From Tubulanus polymorphus (lineage: Eukaryota; Animalia; Nemertea), in NCBI RefSeq assembly GCF_964204645.1, contig NC_134031.1, positions 10,728,088-10,792,087 on the forward strand: a DNA stretch of 64,000 bases. The letters run 5' to 3'. Below are positions 42,601 through 54,600 of this stretch, piece after piece; positions within the stretch are counted from its first letter, which is position 1; each line of letters opens with the position of its first letter. The translations under genes were made by a program, and so were the position numbers. Below the pieces are notes generated by a model. The model saw nothing but the letters and a program-made list of their open reading frames with translations, was not told the DNA's origin and made no database searches.

Positions 42601-45600
42601 GGATTTTTACCTGTTACCAAATTATACTCTTCATCCATATGTGTACAGTTGCGTCCGCCTTACTCAGTGCTGGTCAACTTAGTATGACACTTAAGTTGTT
42701 GAATTTTACAAATAGGTATTTTGATGGACCTTCTATTTACACGGGATACGCCCATAATACCTCCGCCCAAAATGCCTCCGTCCAAAATCCCACACCCAGA
42801 ATCCCTCCACCCAGAATACCCTCATATGTGTCCAAAATACCTCCACCCAGAATTTAAAAAAAATACTATAATTATATTATTTAGATGTTTAAAGTACCAC
42901 CAATATTGACTATTATACATGTATAGGATCATATATAATGTATTACGGTATATATAAACCTACTGAATAATAATTGAATAACAATTAATGACAATGTTCA
43001 CTTGCAATTAGTTTTGGCTGGGAATATTAATTAGTTTATCTCATGTCTTTAATCTTATGCTAGATTTCTCTGGAAACTATTCAATATTTAGATTATAGAA
43101 TATTAATTAGTCCTATAATCTAAGAAAACAATGTACTACATTTCGCTTTACACACTGAATTCAGTTCATTTCCATTTAAGTGCAACTATGATCACTGAAA
43201 TTAACATTATACTTTGTTTTGCTCAATTAACTACTTTTAAACTATAGAACTTTGGTTTATTTGAGTATTGCCTGTAAATTAAAACTTGGGGGGGGGGGGA
43301 CAAAATATTCATTCTAAAAAATTATATTTCTAATAGGTTCAAATTTTTGTCCTTCAGGCATAAACCCATTAGATCTAGGGCCTGGAGGTATTTTGGACAC
43401 ATATGAGGGTATTCTGGGTGGAGGGATTCTGGGTGTGGGATATTTGGGTGGAGGTATTTTGGGCGGAGGTATTATGACCCGGATTCATTTACACAGCCGA
43501 TAGTCAATTGGTGAAATATTTTCAATACCAATGCTACTAAGGCTGAGTTGTGGTCAATGGTAGTTCATTCAATGTTATAAAAACTGTGATGATCTGATAC
43601 ATTACTGCGTTGTATGCTTTTGATATTTTTGTGTTGTATGACTTCATTGGTGATTATATTTCTCAGGTATCATTTACATTTTACTTTACATTTTATTGTA
43701 TCATATATTGTACATAATAGCAATGATTTATTCTCCATAGTCTTAATCTGCAATCTTGATATTGGTTTATTGATGCATATGTTTGTTTACAATATACTTA
43801 ATTAGGCTGTTTAAAATTGAGAAACACTAATTAGTGAGTGACTTGTGACTTAACTAATTTTTTTTAAATAAAGAAGTTTCCAGTTTCTAGGCGCCATTTT
43901 GTGGCGGTCCCTCGAGGTCCCCATTGTTGCGATAATTTGCACTCATTTTTAAAACATAAGTTTAGATTGAATATCATATAGTTCTGCAGTCCCTTGCTCG
44001 ACGAAATTAATTTATACACCATTTTTAAGGAAACGAAATGCAGATATTTGCTGGCGTTTCTTGGAATTTTTGAACGCAACAATTGAGAACACTGACGATG
44101 TGACCCCAAGGACCGCATATCTTAACCGCGCGTAAAAGAAATCGCAACATTCATTAATTTCAAAATATCTAAGTATCTCTTAAAGCTATATTTCCAATTT
44201 TTACAGAGTTTAAAGAGGGTTATTTGCAGTTTAAGCCTGCGTTGAATATTTTTTTGAATATCTTTCCTGACGACTGATCTGTACCCGCTTGAGTTTGAGA
44301 TTACCCGATAAAGTTAGATAATTTGATACGCCTTCAACAAATCTTCCAGGGGCCAGTTGCATAGTTATGGCTTAGACTTAAGACCAGTCTAAGACCAACT
44401 TAGTTCTATAGCCAATCTAACAACTTGAGACCAGTCTTAAGATTTAAGACCACTTTTGGACTTAAGTCACAAACTGTGCAACTGGCCCCCGATCCTTAGC
44501 TGCTATGTACTATTCAAAGTCAAAGAACTTAGTACGGAGAGTATTACCAGGCAGTGGATACGGCGCACCAAAAAATGAAACCAAATTTTGCAACTCTGGA
44601 AAATAAATACATGTACCACCGATAAAAATTCCACTGTAATACTAGTCAAACCTCGCTACAACGAGATCTTTTATAACGAAATATCGGTTTAATCAAACGT
44701 GTCCGGCGCAAAAAAGTCTACTGCTACCCCGATACCACTGTTACCAGTGATACTGCCCGATCCTCTCCCAGACCGGTGATACTACTGCTACCCCAATACC
44801 ACTGATACCAGTGATACTGCCCGATCCTTCAGGAGACCGGTGATACTACTGCTACCCCGATACCACTGATACCAGTGATACTGTCCGATCCTCTCAGAGA
44901 CCGATGATACTACTGCTACCCCGATACCACTGTTACCAGTGATACTGCCCGATCCTTCTGGAGACCGGTGATACTACTGCTACCCCGATACCACTGTTAC
45001 CAGTGATACTGCCCGATCCTCTCCGAGACCGGTGATACTACTGATACCCCGATACCACTGTTACCAGTGATACTGTCCGATCCTTCTGGAGACCGGTGAT
45101 ACTACTGCTACCCCGATACCACTGATACCAGTGATACTGCCCGATCCTTCTGGAGACCGGTGATACTACTGCTACCCCGATACCACTGTTACCAGTGATA
45201 CTGCCCGATCCTTCTGGAGACCGGTGATACTACTGCTACCCCGATACCACTGTTACCAGTGATACTGTCCGATCCTCTCAGAGACCGATGATACTACTGA
45301 TACCAGTGTTGCTACGGATGCTTTCGGCCCGTGTTGTATGCGGTGGTCCTGTTCTCACTGTATTGTCCCATGGCGCCCTCTACATAGCCGCCATCTTGAA
45401 ACGGTGTTCTGGTACACCACCGAACAACCCCATTTCTCTGTATTGCATACATGATACATGTGGCATGATAGACAAGGTGACCTACAAGGATTTATATAAA
45501 ACTTCCAAGACGAAACGACAATTTTTATTTTTGATGGTTTTCCAACATGTATTTCAAATCTTCATGCTTATAATGATAAATAATATATTCTGGATGAAGA

Positions 45601-48600
45601 AAAATGAGAATTAGTGTTGATTTCTTAATTTTTTCAATTTCGTCGATTCGCATAGTTAGTTTGTGCTGTTGTCCTGGCCTCAGTCCACAGGTGCCAGCAC
45701 CCTCCAGTAATTTTCAAAATGGCAGCTGTTGACTCGACGGAAATTTACCTCAGGTGAGGTGTTATAGGTATCAGACAAACTACGAATCTGTTGTGCATCG
45801 ATTACAACAAAAATTAGGCAGATTTCTTAAAAGACCAGAAAATGCCAGGCAAATTACTCGTCAGTCAAATTGGCTGACGAAGATTGCATACAAAAATGAC
45901 GTTCCCATTCCTGACTGTGGTTTGTGAAAATATCCGATCGTGAAACTAAACCACAGACAGGTTACTGACTAGGGATAGGAATGATTTTATTGTAGACTTG
46001 GACCAAGTTAGTGCAAGCTTTTGGATTGTTATTTGAATATTGCAGTGTCTTAACGGAATCTATCATCATGTTGATAATTGCTAGATTACTTATTAAAATT
46101 TACAGCTGAAAGAAAAAACATGAATTCGAGTGACTTCAGGTGAAGAGAAGCAAACACGAAAATAGATGAGCCACGATTCTTCTTTTTAAAATGATAAAGA
46201 CATTGAGCAAGATTAAGTTACATTTCCTTCAAATGACAATCCACTACGATCATCCGATAAGAGCTCAGAGCACTATTCCAAAATCTTCTATATCCTATAG
46301 TAAAAACAAGAAATTCGAGTTTAGTTCATATATAAGCGCGTAAATGCAGGGGAAATCCTGCTTATGGCTCATAGGCCAGCATCTTAGCTACGCATTGAAG
46401 TGGTTTTCGCCCCACATACCCAACCTAACTTTTGAAATAATCAAACCTCTAGAAAGGAGGGGTATCCCAGTACAGGTATGCCAGTACATCCGAGCCAAAT
46501 ATCTACGGGAATCCCCCACCGTGTTTGGTACCCTTACTCCAAGCAAAAAAAGTCCAGGGAATCCCTTATTTCATCATCAATCTGTCTCTCAAGATCAATG
46601 GATTTCATACATATAACCGAAATATGTTACCTATCCCATTTGCAGAAATTATGGCAACATTTATGGGGGACCTCTTCTTCACTCTAGGTACTATTTTTGG
46701 GGTCCCCCTATGCATCTTCGAGCTACAAAGCTAATTGTGGTCTGATGCCATAAAGTTTATAGCCACCATAGGCTACCGCCCCCTGGCTCTTTGAAGAGAC
46801 AGGGAACCAGTCCTCAATTCAATTCAGAATTTATTTTACAGAAAAGCGGTTTTTAAGTTTTAGGTATTAAAACTGAAAAATATAAATGTTCATACAGAGA
46901 TTTTACAAATGGCTGCCAACGCAAGCACCCAATGAAAGTAACAGAAAATTTAAAGCATTTTTTTAAACGTGAAAGTAAATGTTTTATTGTGGAATTTTGT
47001 GTCAATAAAGAATGAATTGAACTGCCGGCAGCACTATGACGCGCATGAATACCAATTTCAAGCCTAATCATGCGCGGGACTGAAGGAATGAATATTGGGC
47101 CTAAATGTATTGTAAGTTTTAAAATTCAGATCAAAATTCACGTTAATAGCAGTTGTTTCTAAAACTGTCAAAAGCCGTCGATTGCCATCGTGAAATTCGA
47201 ACCCTGTATATGCGCCAATTTACAGAATTATCGGTCCACACAAACAGCTTAAATCGTGTCATAAAGAAACATCCACAGAGAGACAGACAGACAGACATGA
47301 CAGACGATGCCACAGATGGGTTCGTCTGACGACAAAACCCATCAATAACTGAAATACCACTACAGTGCATCTACACCAAGGTGCGATGTATCGTTAGTTA
47401 CTAATATCGTTAGTTACCATCAATACAACCCAGTGCGGTGTACAAGCAAAATCTATCACTGATTTCTACACTGCACTGCAATGTTAATGTGATTAAAACT
47501 CTATCAAGGAACAAGATAAACCGGGTTCAGAACCAGAAACTGAATGCAGGTGCCAGGTCAGAAAATAATTCTGTTCACCACATGGAATGCAATATGAAAG
47601 AGTTATAAACATTTGGACGATTCAAGATAAATTTTTATTCTATTACCTATTTTTGATGGAGAGAGCTTCACTGATGGTTGAAATAAAGTTCATGCTGCCA
47701 CAACTGACCATTGATTCATATGCAAGGATATAACGTCTTAAAAATGGTAGATTCTGCAAACACATCTCTAACAACATTTCACGGCCTCCATCATTCTGAA
47801 TGATCTGTACGTTATGATCAGCAAAACATGATTTCACCTGAATCAAGAATTTACATTTAATTAAAGCTTTAATTTAACATTCAATTAATTACTTCAATAT
47901 GATTAAAACTAGGGGTCCTGGGACACCATGCCCACTTGGGAAGTGGTTCCAAATGCTCAACAATCTAACAATTTCAATATTCAACGCCCCTGGTGACCAT
48001 ATACAAAAACTAATGAACTTGAAACTCACCACAATTATAGAACATGTCAGCAGCTACGATTTTGTAATTGATTGTGATAACAAAATATGCCTCGTTACCA
48101 ATTTAATATGGAAATACTAAGTTATTCTACTATTTAACGCCCCCTGGTGACCATATTCAAAACCCAATGACCTCGAAACTTACCACAATCATAGAACATG
48201 TCATGAATTACAACTTTGCAATTGATCATGATAACAAAATATGCCTAGGTAACAATATAACAAGAGCCCCAAGGGGCACAATGGCCAGCCTGTCAGATTT
48301 GCTTTTTATAAATGATGTAATCTGTGGGTTATATTTATCAATATACACTCCCTGCTCAATGTCATTTACATAGTACAATCGTGTGTTAACACAGACAGCA
48401 GGAGCGAATGTAATATAGAAATACTAAGTTATTGTATTGTTCAACGCCCCTGGTGGCCATATACAAAAACCAATGAGCTTGAAACTCACCAAGATCATAG
48501 ACCATGTCATGAGCTACAACTTTCCAATTGATTGTGGTAGCAAAATATGCATAGGTACGAATGTAATAATATAGAAATACTAAGTTATTGTATTGTTCAA

Positions 48601-51600
48601 CGCCCCCTGGTGGCCATAAACAAAAACCAATGAGCTTGAAACTCACCTCAATCATAGAACATGTCATGAGCTACAACTTTCCAATTAATTATGGTAGCAA
48701 AATATGCTTAAGTATCAAAATGATGTGGCAAAACTTTTTTTCCACCTATGAATGAGTTCTGATGACCCCAAGATGGCCGCCAATTGCGTCATAATTGCCT
48801 GGTCAAAAATACCCTCTCGGATATAAAAGATCCTTTTCCAAAGAATACCCATTACAAATTGCAATGAAAAATGGCACACCATTAGAAAGCTACAGGACTC
48901 AGAATTCAGGCCAAAATTAACATTTTTGGGAACAAAAAAGGTCACAGGACGGCCATCTTGAGTCCGATCGACCCAATTTTTCTCATGCCGATGGGCCCTT
49001 GGGGGATACAAATATATACGAATGATCAAGGTTATTGATAAAAGTGTCTTCAAAATTTCCCTCGAAAACTACTAAAATGTATAAAAAGTGCTGATTTTGG
49101 CGAACAACAATGGCTGCCAGTCGGCCATCTTGAATCTGACAGGGCCAGTTTTTGGCCTGAAGATGTGTCTAGGGTAGATACACGTATAAACCAAATATCA
49201 AGACATTACCTTGAAGCGTCTTCAAAACTTTGGAACTCTCACGAACTATCTAGATGGTTATCTCTCGACTCAATAGCTTCAAGACCCATCTCAAAACAAC
49301 TTTGTTCCATGCAGCATACCATTAACTCTCGGAAAGCGAATTGGATTTAACATTTTTTTTGGCAGAATAAAATTTGATTGAATTTGCAATTCGAGCACAT
49401 GGCTAATTAGCATATCAAGTTCATACACTCGATTTGGGAAAAGAAATTTTTTGCGAACCTTGCGCAATTGTCAAGGATGAATTTTCTGTAGAGCAAATAA
49501 AAATTCCTCCCAAACACAAAATCAACTAAAGATTTCATAGAAATCGATCTTGAAATACGATTTTAAATCTTAAAATACAACCCGGAAGTAAAACAATAGA
49601 CGATACCGCGGGTTCACGTGAACACCTGATTTCTGTAAACGAAATGTTGGTTGTGACAAAATTGTTCAGACGGTTTTAGGTGGTAATAAGTACGGAAACG
49701 TAACGACCATGGTCGACTTATTCGATGAAATCAGGCCTATGTGATATCCAAATTTTGACTTTTTTATTCTCCAGACCTCCCTGATATAGAAATAAACAAT
49801 TTTGGTGGTACGAATAGTGCAATCACAGCGCCGACGGCGACAGAGCCGTGTCAGAGATCGGCGGAGTGAAAATTGCGGAGGTGGACGAACACGAAGAAGT
49901 AGGCTATTGAGCTACTTGAATCGCGAAAACTCCTGGCGCGGCCCCGACGCTTTTCGTTGATTAAGTAGTACAAATATCAAGCAATGGGTTTTCACAATCT
50001 ACTGCCGGTGTTTACCGGATTTCAATATCACTCCAAAATTCAAAGAAACCTCGAAATATCGAACCGCAACACTTTCGGTAGATATCCGCAGCTGCCCAAC
50101 CGGGAAACTTATTTGTTGATAGCATCGATAGGATCCATCGTCTTCTCCCGTCAAGGGATTCGAACCCACTAAGCTAAAGCCGTACCAGAATCGGGTCGGG
50201 CCAATCACAGCGCTTGTAACAAACCACATTAGGCTTCTGTGGAATTTCCCAGTAAATGGGCCAATCAGCGAACACGTAGCGAACGCGGAAGTATTGTCAC
50301 GTGTTGATACATGACGTCATGCGCAAAAGCGCCAGTAATGAAATCACGATAATTCACGTGAACAGCTGCTGATATTTTTAGATAAACCAATCACAGGGAA
50401 GACACATATGCATAGGTACGAATAAAATATAGAAATGCTAAGATATTGCATTATTCAACGCCCACTGGTGGACATATACAAAATCCAATGACCTTGAAAC
50501 TCACCACAATCATAGAACACGTTATGAGCTACAACTTTCTAAATGATTGTGGTAACAAAATACACTTAGGTATCAATATAATGTGGAAAAACTTTTCCCC
50601 ACTTACGAATGAGTACTGGTGACACCAAGATGGCCGCCAATTGCGTCATATTTGGCTGATGAAAAATACCTGTCTCAGGTATAAAACATCCACTTCAAAA
50701 GAATACCCAAATTGCAAGGAGAAATGGTAAACCTGTAGGAAACTACAGGACTCAGAATTCGGGCCAAAATTAACATTTTTGGGCACTAAAAAGGTCATAG
50801 GACGGCCATCTTGAGTCCGATCGACCCAATTTTTGTTATGCTGATGGGCCTAGGGATGATTCACATATATCCGAAAGATCTAGGAAATTGATCAAAGCGT
50901 CTTCGAAATTTCCCTCAAAAAGTTCAAAAATGTGTAAAAAGTGCTGATTTTGGGCGAACAACAATGGCTGCCAGTCGGCCATCTTGAATCTGACAGGGCC
51001 AGCTTTTGGGCTGAATATGTGTTTAGGGTAGATACATGTGTAACCCGAATATCAAGATATTACCTTGAAGCGTCTTCAAAACTTCCCAAAATAACTGGCT
51101 TCTGTCTACGGAAGGACGAGCACATGGTGTTCACATGCAGTTCGAGCACATGGCTAATTAGCATATCAAGGTCATCCATCCGATATGAGAAAAAGCTATT
51201 TTGCACAATTGTCAATGATATTTTCTGTAGTGCAAATAAAAATATTCCTCCCAAAAAAACAAATCAACCAAAGATTTCACAGAAATCGATCCTGAAATTC
51301 AATTTTAGATCTTAAAATGCAGCGAAAGGTAGCAGCGAAAGAGTTAAAATAAAACCTTGAAGTAAAACGGTAGATTATACCGCGGGTTCACGTGAACACC
51401 TGCTGATCTCTGCGGCAAAGCCAATCATAGGAGTCTCTGCTTTCCGAACCTGTGCGGTGATGCTGACTGGCGCATTTGTCATTATAAATTTGCTCCTGTT
51501 GCTAATAAGGGGATTTCAGCTATTTTCTACCCGTTTAATGAACGCTCTTTGCAAATAAACGCTTACTTATACGCTACTACACACAAAACCAATCTTAGGA

Positions 51601-54600
51601 CAAAATATACATTAGGGCAATTGCTGTGAACACAAACACCTAAAATGCTGTAATGCTGAGGAGGGGGAGTGCTGTAACAAACATTTGGACACTCCGCTAA
51701 TTATAGTATGATGAAATAAATTGAAACATCCATCTGCATCTATATCCTGTGATGTGAGCCGCGAATATATTTTTCAATCATTTATATTTGCATTGGAATC
51801 AATTATGTAAAGATGTCCATAAGTTAGTCCTTGAAGCGAGAAATTAGATCGAAATGATAGCCAGTTTCTTTTTGTTATCACTGGGATAAAATGCTTTAAA
51901 AAAACAAGAATTTATCCCTGTGATAACAATCACAGGGATAATGAAATTTAACACCGGGATAGCCTAATCACAGGGATAATGAAACACTGCTTTGAAAAAT
52001 GCAGGCCAGATGTTGAGAACAATATCAGGCGTCTCGTGTTTAACTCTTTCAGGACCCATGTGTGATTTGAGAAAAACCCTCGGAGTGCCCATCATTTTTT
52101 TACTAAAAAGTAGGAAATCAGTTGTAACTTTAGAGCTCCATAAAGTGAAACTGTAAGAGATAGAGCTTAATGGTACAGTGTAATTGTCACAGGGTGTTAT
52201 TTTTCTTGAAGCAGTCCTGTTCCTGTTAAATTGTAGTGTGGTGCCCTCTATGTTTGGGTATAAATAAATGTAATCCTGTATATATTCAGTCAGTAGTGCT
52301 GAATCTTTAGTGACACTCACCTTGCAAATAAAAGCTACATGTATCAGTATTATTATTTGATCGTCTATTTATTTAGTTGAATTGAGGAGTTATCCGTGGT
52401 AACAAAGACATCAGCTGATCAGTGCTGCGTTCAAAAGCAGTACTGCAAGTGGCAGTGGGACAGGCGGCACAAGGGAACTTTTGGAAATCCGCTCCGTGAC
52501 ATTTGGGGGCTCGTCCGGGAGAAAGAGAAAAATTGAAGAGCGCAAGCAAAAGAAAATCAACTGTCTACTACGGACGTTAGTCAGCCAATGGAAATTGGAA
52601 ACTCGATCACCCTACAGTGCTGTGTAAATACGGTACCGGTGTACAAGTCGACGTAAAAGGCCGCCTGGAGAGTATCATGAGTATTAACACGGAATAACTC
52701 CAAGCAGCCTTGGGTTTGGTGATTTTGCATTGTGGTGTTCAGTGTAATGCAGGTGTGCTGCTCGTGTTGCATGTCACCGTCCAAATAATACATGTTGCAT
52801 GTTACCATCCGCTTAATACGTGTTGTGTGTTACCGTCCGCTTAATACGTGTTGCGTGTTACTGTCCACTTAATACGTGTTGCATGTTACCATCTGCTTAA
52901 TACGTGTTGTGTGTTACCATCCGCTTAACCCTTTCAATCCCACTACCGTATGGCATACGGTACAAATTGACAAGCTAGTATACCCGCACCGTATGTGATA
53001 CGGTATCACTTAACCCTTCTTCTAGAAGGGCATATCTATCAGTATCAGCCGGTGCTGCCATCTGCATAAAATCAAAGATGGCAACAGCCATGAAAAAAAC
53101 AATTTGGCTGGATGAAACCGTTCAGCAGCTCGTATATGATGCTGACAGTGGTGCAGGTGACTTGAAATTTGGTAGTGAACAAATTGAGAATGACAAGGAA
53201 TATGACAGCAGCAGTTCAGATGATGTGAATTAGTCAAAAAGTAGGTTTATAGTGCCAGCAATGATTTTGATGATGAAAATGAAATCAGTGACAATTTTTT
53301 TAGACCCTGTTGATACGGTTGACATGGCCGACACCAATAACAATAATGAAGAACCAGAAACTGTCCATCTTCAAGGTCACATATATTAAAATAATTTGTC
53401 TTATTTGTAAGCCCAATGGTTATCAACACCATGGTATACAATGTATCAGTGTCAAATACAAAGGTAAAAATTTTCTGAGGCCTGAAATTATACCCCAATG
53501 AAACCCCTTACATCCAGCCTTCCGACATATCGGTGAAGAAGTTGGTAAATGAGTGGAAAAATAAATTTTTCTAGTTGTTCTATTGCTTTGAAATTTTTAC
53601 TACATAAAGTAAGGATATATGGCATACAATTTCAGTTGGAATTGAATAGATCAGTGCATTTTTCTGGGAGACAGAGCAGTTTATCTGAAACTTTTTCGTG
53701 AATTTTTTTTCATGGCGGCCATCTTGGAGTATGTGACCTTGACCTCAAGTTCACTTATATCCAAATTATTTATGTCTAAATTGTTGGCCCAAAAGTTATA
53801 AATAACATGCTATATAAATTTTCAGTGTCAGATAACTTTGGTTACTATCCTATGAAGTTTGAAGTTTCAAATATAACCCTATAAACCTCTAAATTCCATC
53901 CGGTACAGCAGTGGAGACACTATGTGGTATTGAAAGGGTTAATACGTGTTGCATGTTGTCGTCCGCTTAATACGTGTTGCATGTTACTGTCCGCTTAATA
54001 CGTGTTGCATGTTGTCGTCCGCTTAATACGTGTTGCATATTAGTGTCTGCTTTATACGTGTCGCAAATTACTGTCCGCTTAATACGTGTTGCATTTTACT
54101 GTCTGCTTAATACGTACTGCATGTTACCATCCGCTTAATACGTGTTGCATGTATTTGTCCGTCAAATTCATGTTGCATGTCGTCATTTGTGCAAGGAAGA
54201 CTCGTTTGCTGTAGATTATGTTTTAGTTTCTTTGCAAGAAATCCAGGAAGAAAGACACTCTAAATATTTGGATGGATATATGAAAGCTGTGGGTACTGGA
54301 GTGTGTAATGGGTAGCGTAGTGTGATCTGTGTGCATTTGTGGCCAGCACACAGATCACATTGTTCAATGGGGTTTGGTCCAGGACTCGCGAGATTTTCAA
54401 CAACACGGAAGTAACGTGTTATAAATGATGACTTGAATTGCATGACTACCTACCACCCCTCATTATTGTTGGAAAACTAAACGTTCCGCACTGACTGAAA
54501 ATTAGTAATAACATTTTAGAAATGGCCAGAATTTTAACTTAGGTTCTATCTCATTTTTATTTTACAATTGCGATTGGTATAATTTTTTTTAAACGGCCGT

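Larger units (their letters stand above)
37551..45429. mobile_element. Foldback-type DNA transposon with modular satellite-containing inverted arms, GG termini and 8-bp TSD (Merlin- or MULE-like)
   Basis: About 125-bp unique outer TIR plus 64-bp tandem arrays in opposite orientation; CCATTTCT at 37543-37550 and 45430-45437. Confidence 0.88.
37018..47206. mobile_element. hAT-like element (5-bp TSD) expanded to 10.2 kb by nested insertions
   Basis: TIR CAGGGTTCGAA / TTCGAACCCTG; TATAT at 37013-37017 and 47207-47211; the flanks rejoin into one HINE copy. Confidence 0.85.
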
